Notes: generated by a model from the sequence alone, not told the origin. A stretch of 64,000 nt of DNA from Alphaproteobacteria bacterium (GCA_965227515.1 CBDDFZ010000001.1:1216001-1280000); one strand, 5' to 3'. Shown: positions 19,574-29,889, numbered from the stretch's first letter. A program made the numbers and translations.

Positions 19574-20122
19574 CTAGTCGTCGAAATAGGCGCAGTCCAG
19601 GCTGTCCGGCGCGACCCGCTCGAACGTGCGGCTGGCCGCATCGTAGGTCCACGCCTCGCTGGGCGGGGCGCCCGGCGACCACACGGCATAGATCGGCTCG
19701 TAGGCCCCGTCGAGCGCGTAGCAGGTGTCCGAGCCCACCAGATTGCGGCCACCCAGGTCCAGCAGCAGCGACGTGACGACCCGCCACTCGGTGATGCCGC
19801 CATCGTCCTGCCGCGCATTGGGCACCGCGATCATCACCGTGCCCTGGTCGCCACGGGTGTAGGACGTGGCCCACAAGCTGTCGTCAGCCCCCGGGTCGCC
19901 GCCGACCAGCCCGCCACCGTGGTCGCGCCAGCCATTGGCCAGCACCTCGCCATGGCTGTTGGGGACGATGTCGCCGGCAAAGAAGTCCAGGCTGGTCGGC
20001 CAGCCCTGCTGGTCGGCTTCCGCCAGCTCTGGCGGCCCCGGCATGCACGCCGCCAAGGCGAAGACGGCAGACACGGCCGCCACGGTGGCGGCCACGTTCC
20101 TGATGCCGATCGACATGGACAT
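19574..20122 (-). CDS. Hypothetical lipoprotein
   Basis: Hydrophobic leader with lipobox LAAC. Codirectional with and downstream of mlaC. Confidence 0.65.
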   Translation of the reverse strand: MSMSIGIRNVAATVAAVSAVFALAACMPGPPELAEADQQGWPTSLDFFAGDIVPNSHGEVLANGWRDHGGGLVGGDPGADDSLWATSYTRGDQGTVMIAVPNARQDDGGITEWRVVTSLLLDLGGRNLVGSDTCYALDGAYEPIYAVWSPGAPPSEAWTYDAASRTFERVAPDSLDCAYFDD

Positions 20123-20161
20123 GGAATGGATTGCCGGAATGCCGCCGCGGCGGCTGCCTGC

Positions 20162-20761
20162 TTAGCCCAGGCGGTCGCGCAGCGCCTGGATAAGGCCGGA
20201 GACCTGGCCGCCGTTTTGCTGCAGCACCGAGGCGTATTCCTCGCGGAGGGTCTGGGCAATGCTGACACCTTCGACCGCCACGTCGATCACCACGTGGGAG
20301 CCGTTGCGCATGCTGATGCGCCAGTCGACCCGGGCGCTCTCGCCGTTCGGGCTCTCCACGTAGGAGGTCACGATGGCGCCGGTATCGCCGTCGGGCGAAA
20401 CCCGCTGCACGTTGAAGCCCTCGCCGCTGTATTCGCCGAAGCGGCCGGCATAGGTGTTCACCAGCATGTCTTCCAGCACGCCGTAGAACTCGGACAGCTC
20501 GGTGTCGGTCGCCTCGCGGCGATAGCGGCCGAGCACGAAGTTGCCGATTCGCGGAATGTCGAAATTGGCCACCAGCAGGCTGCGGAACTGCGCCTCGCGC
20601 TGGGAATCGGACATCGACGCGTTTGTCAGCGTGGCAATGGCCTCGTCGCCCAGCGTCGAGACGAAAGTGTCGGCGCCTTCAACCGCTGAATCTGCGCGCG
20701 CGCTCCATGCCGGCACCGCCATGATCACGGCGAGGACAAAACAGCGGAAGAACGGGACCAT
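20162..20761 (-). CDS. mlaC: MlaC/Ttg2D phospholipid-binding periplasmic protein
   Basis: NFDIPRIGNFVLGRYRR and VIDVAVEGVSIAQTLREEY, with a signal peptide. Adjacent to mlaA. Confidence 0.88.
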   Translation of the reverse strand: MVPFFRCFVLAVIMAVPAWSARADSAVEGADTFVSTLGDEAIATLTNASMSDSQREAQFRSLLVANFDIPRIGNFVLGRYRREATDTELSEFYGVLEDMLVNTYAGRFGEYSGEGFNVQRVSPDGDTGAIVTSYVESPNGESARVDWRISMRNGSHVVIDVAVEGVSIAQTLREEYASVLQQNGGQVSGLIQALRDRLG

Positions 20762-21059
20762 CACTTGCTCCAAGATCTGTTGGTGCGACGCATGTACCAA
20801 GACTCCTACGCGGCAATTGGGCCCAAAAAGGGGCGAGTCACCGCCAGTCGGCATCGCCGCGGCATCTTGCCTTACGGACGCAAGGATATATTGCGGTCCC
20901 GTAACCTGCGCCAGTGATATTTCGGTCAGATGGGCTTGAAGCCCCATTCGCCATCGCCGCAGGCGTGACCGCCCGGCAACCGTTCCGTTTGCCCCATAGC
21001 CGCAGGCAGGCGGCCGGCCACAGGCGGGCCATCACAGACAGGCGGCTACAGGCAAGGGG

Positions 21060-21944
21060 TCAGGGGCTGTCGACGTCCTCGAAGGGATTGTCGAAGTCGT
21101 CGAACGGCTCCGGCCCGAACGGCGAATCCTGGTCGCCCAGGTTCTCGATCTGGGCGTCGCGCCGCTGGCGATAGGCCGAGCGCAGCCGGGCGTAGAAATC
21201 GACCGCGTCCTCTTCCAGGGCATCGAGGGTGTCGATGCTGCGCACCCGCGAATCCACCGCGGTGCCGACCGAGCGGTAGAAGCGCAATTCGGACTGACCG
21301 GCGCGCAACGACCAGATGTTGAACGGGTCGGTAAAGAAGTCGACCACCAGGCCGCCGACGTCGCGCGCATTGGACGGGCCCAGGATCGGCAGCACCAGAT
21401 ACGGCCCCTCGCCGACGCCCCAGACCGCCAGGGTCTGGCCGAAATCCTCGCGCTCGCCGGGCTGGTCGTCGATGTCGACGATGACGAAGATGCCGCCCAG
21501 CCCCAGGGTGGAGTTGGTCATGAACCGGCCCATGGTGTGGCCGGCGGCATCGATGTCGCCCTGCAGCACCTGGTTGATCAGGGTGACCGGCTCGGTCAGG
21601 TTGGTCAGGAAGTTGTGCACCGCGTCCTGCACCGGATAGGGCACCAGATCGCGATAGGCGACGGCGACCGGCCGCAGGATGATGGTGTCCACGCCATCGT
21701 TGAGGTTCAGTATGTATCGGTTCAGCGGCTCAAGCGGATCGTTGACGTCCGTGCCGGGCCCGGCGTTGGAGCTGCACCCGGCCATGGTCGCCAGTGCGCC
21801 TGCCAATGCGGCGGCGCCGCCAAGATTGCGCAGGCGTTGCTTGACCAGACTCTGATTGCCCAGACGTTGGCTGCCGCGATCGAACTGGGATTCGATCAAC
21901 AATTCTCGTTCCTTCCCCACAACGCGCCCAAGTCGGCTGCACAT
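21060..21944 (-). CDS. mlaA: MlaA/VacJ lipoprotein (true start probably downstream of 21944)
   Basis: MAGC lipobox, NDPLEPLNR and EDFGQTLAVWGVGEGPYLVLPILGPSNARD. Confidence 0.9.
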   Translation of the reverse strand: MCSRLGRVVGKERELLIESQFDRGSQRLGNQSLVKQRLRNLGGAAALAGALATMAGCSSNAGPGTDVNDPLEPLNRYILNLNDGVDTIILRPVAVAYRDLVPYPVQDAVHNFLTNLTEPVTLINQVLQGDIDAAGHTMGRFMTNSTLGLGGIFVIVDIDDQPGEREDFGQTLAVWGVGEGPYLVLPILGPSNARDVGGLVVDFFTDPFNIWSLRAGQSELRFYRSVGTAVDSRVRSIDTLDALEEDAVDFYARLRSAYRQRRDAQIENLGDQDSPFGPEPFDDFDNPFEDVDSP

Positions 21945-22006
21945 TGTTCCAACTCGTCCGCATTAAAAAGATGCCGTGCCGCCGAGTGTGGCATTGGCAC
22001 AGCCGT

Positions 22007-22024
22007 TGTTGCAGATTTGCAACA
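22007..22024. promoter_or_regulatory. Palindromic candidate operator TGTTGCA-N4-TGCAACA
   Basis: Perfect 7-bp inverted repeat in the divergent mlaA/GGDEF spacer. Regulator unknown. Confidence 0.35.
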
Positions 22025-22517
22025 TATGCGCATCACCGGTCAACGAATGCCGTGACCGGCCGCAATATTGTTGCGGGTGGCTAAGAATGTCTGAACGGAA
22101 ATGACTTGTCTGCACGATGCCGAAGGGGAGGTCAGGCAACCGACGGGGCCCGTCGGCAAGAGCGCTGACTCACCTGACTTTTCTTTTGGGTTCTCCGCGT
22201 TGCGACAAGGGAAGCCTCTAGTAGGGGCAAGGGAAACCAAACCTGCATTTTCTGCACGCATACTGAGCGGCAATACCAATGCAAGCTGGGTTGGAGGATT
22301 GAGTGTGGGCACCATTGGTGTCGAGCACGACATTTTCTTGCCGGTGGCATGTTCGTCGTTCGAAAGTCATGCGAATGGTTAATTTCCGTGAGGTGCGGGC
22401 GACGCCTTTAGGGAATCATTTAGAGGTCTGGTGTAGCTTCAGCGGTGCTTCGTTGCTGCGCCAATGCCAGCAGAATCTTCAGGCAGGCGTTCGAATTGCG
22501 TTGGGGAAAAGCAAGAA

Positions 22518-23573
22518 ATGTCAAATAGCCGAGATTACGAGACAACGGCGCAATGTGCGGAGTCGGCCATCGCACGGATGCGCGACTCGCACAATCTCCC
22601 GACACCAGAGCATTTCGAACTGTGGTTCAGTTATTTCCAAGGTTCGCGCCCCGAGTTGAATGATGTGATCGACCAGGCGGTCGAGGGCGGCGAGGACATC
22701 ACCGACGAAATGCTGGATGAGCTGTATCACCGCTTCTTCATCCAGGACTCCTCGGACTTCGTCATCAACAGCACGACCGAGGAGATCGAGGCGACCATCG
22801 AGCAGGTCATCAATCTTGTCGGCCGGGCGGGCAGGGACACCCGCGATTTCGGCAATGAGTTGGACGGGGCATCCGGCCGGTTGGACGGCACCGTGGACCC
22901 CGAGGTGCTGCGCGAGATCGCCGTCGGCCTGCAAGAGAGCACGCGCCAGATGCTGGAGCGCAGCCGGCGCATGGAAGTCCAGCTCTCCAAGTCCAACCAG
23001 CAGATCATGGAATTGCGCACGCACCTGGTCTCGGTGCGCGAAGAGGTGATGACCGACGGCCTGACCGGTGTTTCCAACCGGCGCCATTTCGACTCCGTGT
23101 TGCGCGAATTCGCCGGCCGGGCGTCGCGGGACGGCCAGCCGCTGACCCTGTGCATGATCGACATCGACTACTTCAAGCGCTTCAACGATACCCATGGCCA
23201 CCAGCTCGGCGACGAAGTGCTGAAGCTGGTTGCGAAGATGTTGAAGGACTCGACCAAGGGCAGCGATATCGTCGCGCGCTATGGCGGCGAGGAGTTCGCC
23301 TTGCTGCTGCCCAGCACCACTCTGCGCGATGCAACCCAGCTCGCCGACAAGATCCGCACGGTGGTGGCCAAGAACAATCTGAAGAAGCGCACGACCGGCG
23401 AGTACATCGGTTCCATCAACCTGTCGGCCGGGGTCAGCCTGTACCGGGCGCACGAGGCTCTGGAGAGTTTTGTCGAACGCGCCGACTTGGGCCTATACTT
23501 GGCCAAGAACAGTGGTCGGAATCGCGTATGCAATGAGCTCATGCTCGCCAGCGACGTCAAGGAAGCGAGCTGA
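22518..23573 (+). CDS. Diguanylate cyclase (GGDEF) with a helical N-terminal region
   Basis: TDGLTGVSNRR, DIDYFKRFND, ARYGGEEF and ADLGLYLAKNSGRN. Confidence 0.92.
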   Translation: MSNSRDYETTAQCAESAIARMRDSHNLPTPEHFELWFSYFQGSRPELNDVIDQAVEGGEDITDEMLDELYHRFFIQDSSDFVINSTTEEIEATIEQVINLVGRAGRDTRDFGNELDGASGRLDGTVDPEVLREIAVGLQESTRQMLERSRRMEVQLSKSNQQIMELRTHLVSVREEVMTDGLTGVSNRRHFDSVLREFAGRASRDGQPLTLCMIDIDYFKRFNDTHGHQLGDEVLKLVAKMLKDSTKGSDIVARYGGEEFALLLPSTTLRDATQLADKIRTVVAKNNLKKRTTGEYIGSINLSAGVSLYRAHEALESFVERADLGLYLAKNSGRNRVCNELMLASDVKEAS

Positions 23574-23698
23574 CGGCACTGCCGGGGCGCCGCTGCTGAC
23601 AGCGGTTGCCCACTGCGCCGGCCACGGCGCGCCCTCCGAAAGAAGAACCAGCCCCCATTTTCGACCGTTGCCCGGCCGGGCACGACGATGACCGCCGG

Positions 23699-25474
23699 AT
23701 GATGACCGCGGGACGGTGGCAGCGTGTGTGGGACCGCATCCGGCATGGCCCGGCGCGGCTGCGCAATGCCGACCAGGTCATGCTGCTCGTGCTGGCGGTG
23801 GGGCTGGGGGTCGCATCCGGCTATGCCGCCCTCGGCTTTCGCCTGCTGATCGAACTGATCGACGACCTGCTCCTGGACACCGGCCGCGCCGGCACGCTGT
23901 TGCTGGCCGACATCCCGTGGTGGCAACGCCTGCTGGTGCCCGCCGCCGGCGGCTTGGTGATCGGGATCGCGATCCGCTATCTCACGCGCGACCGGCGGCC
24001 GGAGGGGGTGGCCGATGTCATCGAGGTCTACACCCGGGGATCCTACCGGCTGAGCCTGCGCAGCGGGCTGACCCAGGCACTGATCAGCGCGTCGTCGATT
24101 GGGGTCGGCGCGTCGGTGGGCCGCGAGGGGCCGGTGGTGCACATAGGGGCCGCGGTCGCCAACTGGCTCGGCGGGCGGGTTCGGCTGCGCCGCGATCTGG
24201 TCAGGGTTCTGATCGGCTGTGGCGTTGCCGCCGCGGTCGCGGCATCGTTCAACGCGCCCATTGCCGGTGTGTTCTTCGCGCTGGAAGTGGTGATCGGCCA
24301 CTACGCGCTGACCGCGTTCGCGCCGATCGTTATCGCTTCGGTTGCCGGCACCATGATCTCGCGCGCCCATTTCGGCGACTTTCCCGCCTTCATCGTGCCG
24401 GCGCACGAGCTGGTCTCGCTGTGGGAGTTCCCGGCATTCGCGCTGCTGGGCGCGGGCGGGGCCCTGGTCGCGATCGCCTTCGTTCGGGCCACGGCCCTGG
24501 TTCAGACGGCGGCGAACCTGACCGGGCTGCCGACGACATTCCGCCCGGCGGTCGCCGGCCTGTTGACCGGCCTGATCGCGCTGGCGGCCCCCCAGGTGCT
24601 CGGCGTCGGCTATCCGTCCACCGATGCCGCGCTCAACGCGGCGCTGCCCATCGGCATGCTGCTCACACTGCTGGTCGCCAAGTTCGCCGCAACCGCTATC
24701 TGCCTGGGATGCGGCTTCGGCGGCGGCGTGTTTTCGCCGTCGCTGTTCATGGGCGCCATGTTCGGCGGCGCCTTCGGGCTGACCGCGGCGACCGTGTTCC
24801 CGGACCTGGCATCGTCGCACAGCGTGTACGCCATGGTCGGCATGGGCGCCTTGGCCGGGGCGGTGCTCGGCGCGCCGATCTCCACCATCCTGATGGTGTT
24901 CGAGCTGACCGGCGACTATCCGCTGACGGTCGCGCTGATGATTGCCACCGTCGTCGCCAGCGTGGTGATGCGCGAGGCGCGCGGCGAATCGTTCTTCACC
25001 TCCCAACTGCGCCGGCGCGGCCGCGATGTCGCGGTCGATCGCGCCGCACTGATCCTGGATGGACGCACGGTCGGCGAGATCGTGCGGGCCAATCCTTCGA
25101 CGATCGCGGCCACCGCGCTGTTCGACGAGGTGCGCGAGCGCCTGCCGTTCGCCGGCGAGGGCGAGTTCCAGGTCGTGGACGAGGACGGGCAATGGCACGG
25201 GGTGATCACGGTGCAGACGGTCCAGGATCTGTTGAACGACGGGCCGGACGACACCCATGACCTGACGGCGGCCGATATCGCGCGCGCCGATCGGCCGGTG
25301 CTGGCGCGCGGCGACAGCCTGGAAACCGCGCGCGCGCACCTCGACGCTTCCGAAGCGGTGCGCCTGCCGGTGGTGGAGACCGTGGAATCGAAGCGGTTCG
25401 TCGGCGTGCTGGACGCGCGCGACGTGCTGCGCGCCGTGCATCGCGCCCTCGGCGACGCCAGCCGTGCCACCTGA
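23699..25474 (+). CDS. ClC chloride channel/antiporter with CBS domains
   Basis: GREGP, FNAPIAG and GGGVFSPS motifs, then a C-terminal CBS pair. Start approximate. Confidence 0.9.
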   Translation: MMTAGRWQRVWDRIRHGPARLRNADQVMLLVLAVGLGVASGYAALGFRLLIELIDDLLLDTGRAGTLLLADIPWWQRLLVPAAGGLVIGIAIRYLTRDRRPEGVADVIEVYTRGSYRLSLRSGLTQALISASSIGVGASVGREGPVVHIGAAVANWLGGRVRLRRDLVRVLIGCGVAAAVAASFNAPIAGVFFALEVVIGHYALTAFAPIVIASVAGTMISRAHFGDFPAFIVPAHELVSLWEFPAFALLGAGGALVAIAFVRATALVQTAANLTGLPTTFRPAVAGLLTGLIALAAPQVLGVGYPSTDAALNAALPIGMLLTLLVAKFAATAICLGCGFGGGVFSPSLFMGAMFGGAFGLTAATVFPDLASSHSVYAMVGMGALAGAVLGAPISTILMVFELTGDYPLTVALMIATVVASVVMREARGESFFTSQLRRRGRDVAVDRAALILDGRTVGEIVRANPSTIAATALFDEVRERLPFAGEGEFQVVDEDGQWHGVITVQTVQDLLNDGPDDTHDLTAADIARADRPVLARGDSLETARAHLDASEAVRLPVVETVESKRFVGVLDARDVLRAVHRALGDASRAT

Positions 25475-25521
25475 CCAACCGCCCGACGGATGAGGCGGCG
25501 GACGGGTCTTGCCGCCATAAT

Positions 25522-26127
25522 TTGGTCACGACTTCATGGCCGGATGGTCGCGCGGGTGCCGAACAAACGGGCCGAATCGTGAATTTTGGACAGATTTCCG
25601 ACAGGTTTGCGGGTCCTTCCACGCCGGCAGCGCTACGACGTGGCGTGCTGGCGCGATTGAGAAGCTGCCTGCGCACGCGCGCCGGGGTGCCGCTGGCTCT
25701 GGCGGTTGCCGCCGCCGCGCCGACCGCGGCGGAGGATCGGACTGAGCGCGAAGGCGAGGTCATACCTGCCGAGCTGACCCAATCGCTGCTGGGCATATGG
25801 CACGCCGAACTGCGCGACGAGCACGGCGCACCGATCTCCTGGCAGATCGATCTGAGGCTTGACGGCTCGTTCGAACGGGTCATCACCGATCGCAGTGGCA
25901 ATGAGGTCAGCCGGGCCGGATCGTACGAAGTCGATCAGCAGACGATCCGGCTGTTCTACCTCGGCACGGATGCCGACGAGCAACCGAACGCGACCGCATT
26001 GAACTTTGCCGACGCGGTCAGCCTGGAGACCTATTTCTACCGGATCATCAGCGAGGCGGAGTTGGCCCTGCGTCCGACCTTGTGCCGTGCCGATCCCTGC
26101 CAGTGGACCGCCAGCCGCGAGAACTAG
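25522..26127 (+). CDS. Hypothetical exported protein (start probably downstream)
   Basis: Ala-rich signal-like segment, then LLGIW...DGSF...GSY beta-rich pattern. Fills the gap between neighbouring genes. Confidence 0.5.
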   Translation: MVTTSWPDGRAGAEQTGRIVNFGQISDRFAGPSTPAALRRGVLARLRSCLRTRAGVPLALAVAAAAPTAAEDRTEREGEVIPAELTQSLLGIWHAELRDEHGAPISWQIDLRLDGSFERVITDRSGNEVSRAGSYEVDQQTIRLFYLGTDADEQPNATALNFADAVSLETYFYRIISEAELALRPTLCRADPCQWTASREN

Positions 26128-26693
26128 GACTCGTTCTTGGCAGGCGCCGTAAGGTCCAGTACGTAAGCCTCCATCGGGTCCTCGGTGGCATCTGGGGCGT
26201 CCGGTGCCGCGGCGGTGAAGCCGTTGCGTTGCAGCACGCGGGCGGAGGCCGGGTTGGTCCGAGCCACCACGCCGACCAGCCGTCGGACCCCGCCTGCCCC
26301 GCGACACCAATTCACCAGTCCGGCGATCATCTCGGTGGCAAGGCCGCGCCCCCACCATTCGTGCGCCAGCAGATAGCCGATCCTGACCTCGCCGGTTGCA
26401 TCGTCCTCGTGCAGCAACATCAGGCCGACGACGTCGTTGCTTTCGATTTGGTCCTGTGGCTGGGCAACCAGCACGGCGCCTTCGGCCAGGCGGTCGGCCA
26501 GCCATTCCGTCGCCGCCGCGATGGAGTCGACGTGTTGCCAACCGGGCGGCAGTGCCGCTGTGACGGCCGGGCTCAGGATGTCGACCAGGCGCGCCGGCAA
26601 CGACGGCATGCCGGCGTCGCCCAACCGGGTCACTGTCAGTCGCGCCGTCGAGAAACGGCATTCGCGAGAGATTCTTGCGCCGTCGTTCACCAT
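26124..26693 (-). CDS. GNAT N-acetyltransferase, RimJ/RimL-like
   Basis: IGYLLAHEWWGRGLATE and NPASARVLQRNGF. Confidence 0.85.
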   Translation of the reverse strand: MVNDGARISRECRFSTARLTVTRLGDAGMPSLPARLVDILSPAVTAALPPGWQHVDSIAAATEWLADRLAEGAVLVAQPQDQIESNDVVGLMLLHEDDATGEVRIGYLLAHEWWGRGLATEMIAGLVNWCRGAGGVRRLVGVVARTNPASARVLQRNGFTAAAPDAPDATEDPMEAYVLDLTAPAKNES

Positions 26694-26837
26694 CCACCCA
26701 GGATTCGGCCATTCCGGCAGCTAAGCAAGAGCCACGATCCCTTGCGGCGTGAGAGTTGACGTGGCCGCCGCGCGCTGATTCTGATGAACGCCGGTTGGGC
26801 GACTCGCAGCCCGGCAGGCGACAACAGGTGCGAACCG

Positions 26838-27341
26838 ATGACGGGATTGAGCAGGCTGCGGCGCGCGGTGGCGATGATGGCGGTTGCGCTGGCCGCGTTT
26901 CTGGTGCCGGCCGCGCAGGCGGACGAGCAATTGCCGCTGCCGCGTTTCGTGTCGCTGAAGTCCAACGAGGTCAATGTGCGCCGCGGCCCCAGCCGCGACC
27001 ATCAGATCCTGTGGACCTATCAGGTGCGCGGCCTGCCGGTGGAGATCATCGCCGAGCACGATGTGTGGCGGCAGATCCGCGATTGGGAGGGCGGCCAGGG
27101 CTGGGTCTATGGCGGGCTGCTCTCGGGCGAGCGCACCGTAATGGTGCTCGGCGAGTTGTCGACCATGTACCTGCAGCCGGTCGCCGACACCCGCCGGGTG
27201 GCCGAACTGGAGCCCGGCGTCGTTGCCGAACTGGTCGCCTGCGAGACCGATTGGTGCCAGGTCTCGGTGGAAGGCTATACCGGTTGGGTGGACCGCAACC
27301 GCCTCTGGGGCGTCTATCCGGACGAGATCGTCTCGCCCTGA
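26838..27341 (+). CDS. Exported tandem bacterial SH3-domain protein
   Basis: Signal peptide, then LPLPRFVSLKSNEVNVRRGP and WRQIRDWEGGQGWV. Confidence 0.88.
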   Translation: MTGLSRLRRAVAMMAVALAAFLVPAAQADEQLPLPRFVSLKSNEVNVRRGPSRDHQILWTYQVRGLPVEIIAEHDVWRQIRDWEGGQGWVYGGLLSGERTVMVLGELSTMYLQPVADTRRVAELEPGVVAELVACETDWCQVSVEGYTGWVDRNRLWGVYPDEIVSP

Positions 27342-27383
27342 CGCGGCGGTCAGGGCGCAGACTTCAGCAACAGCGGAACCGGA

Positions 27384-28232
27384 TCAACCGGCGGCGCGCA
27401 GCTTGTTGTCGCCGGCAAGCGAGCGTCCGTGCACGCCGCGCATGCCGGAGACCGGCGCGAACGCGGACGACACGCCAAGCACGGTTTCGGCACCGCCAAG
27501 GAACAGATAGCCGTCCTCTTCCAGGATCGACGAGACCCGGCCCAGAACTGTCGACTTGGTCTCCTGGTCGAAATAGATCAGCACGTTGCGGCAGAAGATG
27601 ACGTCGAATCGCCCCAGCATGGTGAGCTCGTCGAGCAGGTTGTATTCCCGGTAGTTGACCATGGCGCGCAGTTCCGGCGCGATCGTCCACTTGTCGCCAT
27701 CCTGCTGGAAATACTTGACCAGCATGCGCACGGGCAGGCCCCGCTGCACCTCGAACTGGGAATAGACGCCGGCACGCGCCTTGGCCAGCATCTCGCGCGA
27801 CAGGTCGGTCGCCACGATTTCAACCTTCCAGCCGCGGAGCTGCTCGGCGGCCTCGGCCAAGATCATCGCCAGCGAGTACGGCTCCTGACCGCTGGAGCAT
27901 GCAGCGCTCCAGATCCTGATCTTGCGGCAGGCACGACGGGCGTCCAGCAGTGCGGGCAGCACGTTTTCGCGGAACTGGTCGAAGGGCCGGATGTCGCGGA
28001 AGAAGAACGACTCGTTGGTCGTCATCGACTCAACGACATCGTCGACCAGGCGCATGTTGGTGCCGCGCCGTACCTCGCCCACCAGCGCTTCCAGGTTCGC
28101 CAGCCGATACCGCCGCGCGACCGGGTTGAGCCGGCTTTCCAGCAAGTACATCTTGTCGCGGCTGAGCACCAGGCCCGACCGCTTTTTGAGCATTGCCGAA
28201 ATGAAGTCGAAATCGTCGATGGAGATTGTCAT
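27384..28232 (-). CDS. cheR: Chemotaxis protein methyltransferase CheR
   Basis: TTNESFFFRD, RIWSAACSSGQEPYSLA and FCRNVLIYF. Confidence 0.95.
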   Translation of the reverse strand: MTISIDDFDFISAMLKKRSGLVLSRDKMYLLESRLNPVARRYRLANLEALVGEVRRGTNMRLVDDVVESMTTNESFFFRDIRPFDQFRENVLPALLDARRACRKIRIWSAACSSGQEPYSLAMILAEAAEQLRGWKVEIVATDLSREMLAKARAGVYSQFEVQRGLPVRMLVKYFQQDGDKWTIAPELRAMVNYREYNLLDELTMLGRFDVIFCRNVLIYFDQETKSTVLGRVSSILEEDGYLFLGGAETVLGVSSAFAPVSGMRGVHGRSLAGDNKLRAAG

Positions 28233-29527
28233 GCCGCATGCCTCATGGCGTGATCGCGGAGATACCGTGGAATGTCGACCAACGGCAGGATCGCACTGCA
28301 AAGACCGGTTGCCGCCGCGGCCCGGGGCATGCCCCACACCACGCTCGACTCCTCATCCTGGGCGATCGCCAGACCGCCGGCGCCGACAATGTCGGTAAGG
28401 CCGGTGGCGCCGTCTTGGCCCATTCCAGTCAGCACGACCGCGAGGGCCCAGTCGCCGTATGCCTTGGCGACCGAACGAAACATTGGATTGACCGACGGCT
28501 TGCAGAAGTTTTCCGGCGGTCCGTCGTCGATGTGAACAACGTGTGCGCTGCCTTCGCGCCGCACTGTCAGGTGGTGGGCGCCGGGCGCGACATAGATGCA
28601 GCCGTCCTCGACGGGCATGCCTTCAGTGGCCTCGACCGCGCGCATCTTGGAGCACCGCTCGAGGTGCTGGGCCAAGATCTTGGTGAAGGTCGGCGGCATG
28701 TGCTGGGTGATGACCACCGGCGCGGTGAGCTGGCCATTGAGGGCGGTGAACACATCGATCAGTGCGCGGGGCCCGCCGGTCGAACTGCCGATTGCCACGA
28801 TTTTCGGGGTTCGGCCGACCCACTGCGAGGGCGTCGGCCGCAACGGATACGCTTCCCCGCCCTGACCCGCAGCCTTCGCGCTGGTGGCCGCGACCTGCGG
28901 CCGGGCGACGGCAACCGCCGCAGCGACCTGGCGCGGCGCGGTGCCGGATGAGCCAGCCACCGGTGCGGCGACGCTCTTGCTCGCGGGCATCGTGCCGGGC
29001 CGGGTGGTGCCGGTCTGGGTCGTGCCGGGCCGGGTGGTGCCCAGGCGCGACTCGCGTCGGGCGAGGGACGAGGTCCGGCGTTGCTGGCGCGCGGTGTGCA
29101 GCGCCCTGATCTTCGTCAACAGCTCCTCGCCGAACGTCGCCGTCGGGTCTCTGCTGTCCAGCGTCGACGGCTTGGTCACGTAGTCGGCGGCACCCATGGA
29201 GAGCGCGCGCAAGGAGATATCGGCATTCCTCTGGGTCAGGGTCGAGGCCATGATGACCGGCACGCCGGGGGCCGCGGCCAGTATCTCCGGCAATGCGGTC
29301 AGCCCGTCCATGATGGGCATCTCGATGTCCAGGACGACGACGTCGACCGGGTTGTCGCGCACGTACTCGATCGCGCGCCGCCCGTTGCCGACCGAGGCCG
29401 CGACGGCGAGATCGTCGGTCGCGGTCAGGATGCGGCGCACGATCGTGCGGTAGACGGTGTTGTCGTCGACCAACAGGACCCGTCCGCGCCCGTCCGCCGG
29501 ATCGCGCGTTATGGGGGTCATGCTCAT
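28229..29527 (-). CDS. cheB: Chemotaxis response regulator methylesterase CheB
   Basis: Receiver domain LDIEMP, then GSSTGGP, QHMPP, LTGMGQDG and SVVWGMP. Confidence 0.95.
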   Translation of the reverse strand: MSMTPITRDPADGRGRVLLVDDNTVYRTIVRRILTATDDLAVAASVGNGRRAIEYVRDNPVDVVVLDIEMPIMDGLTALPEILAAAPGVPVIMASTLTQRNADISLRALSMGAADYVTKPSTLDSRDPTATFGEELLTKIRALHTARQQRRTSSLARRESRLGTTRPGTTQTGTTRPGTMPASKSVAAPVAGSSGTAPRQVAAAVAVARPQVAATSAKAAGQGGEAYPLRPTPSQWVGRTPKIVAIGSSTGGPRALIDVFTALNGQLTAPVVITQHMPPTFTKILAQHLERCSKMRAVEATEGMPVEDGCIYVAPGAHHLTVRREGSAHVVHIDDGPPENFCKPSVNPMFRSVAKAYGDWALAVVLTGMGQDGATGLTDIVGAGGLAIAQDEESSVVWGMPRAAAATGLCSAILPLVDIPRYLRDHAMRHAA

Positions 29528-29889
29528 ACAGGCGTTCCGATCTGGGCCAGCTTGGAGCGAATGATTTCGCTGTCGAACGGTTTCATGATGTAGTCGTCGG
29601 CGCCGGCGGCCAGCGCGTCGACGATGCGGTCCTGCACGTTCTCGACCGAGCAGATCACCACTCGCGGCTGCTCCGTGTCGGACATCGCCCGCAGCGACCG
29701 CAGCACTTCGATCCCGTTCATATTGGGCATGTGCCAGTCCAGCAGCAGGCCGTCCGGCATCTCGCGCCGGCAAAACTCCAGCGCTTCATCGCCGTCTGCG
29801 GCCTCCGCGGTGCGGAAGCCCAGTTCGGTCAGGATCTTGCGCGTGACGATACGGATCACTTTGGAGTCGTCGACGATAAGCCAGAGCAT
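29524..29889 (-). CDS. cheY: Chemotaxis response regulator CheY
   Basis: Single receiver domain (IVDD, LDWHMP, MKPF) inside the che operon. Confidence 0.88.
   Translation of the reverse strand: MLWLIVDDSKVIRIVTRKILTELGFRTAEAADGDEALEFCRREMPDGLLLDWHMPNMNGIEVLRSLRAMSDTEQPRVVICSVENVQDRIVDALAAGADDYIMKPFDSEIIRSKLAQIGTPV

Noticed and set aside
22200-22260. c-di-GMP riboswitch upstream of the GGDEF gene
   Set aside because: GGGAAACCAAACC only loosely resembles the consensus and I could not build the required stems.
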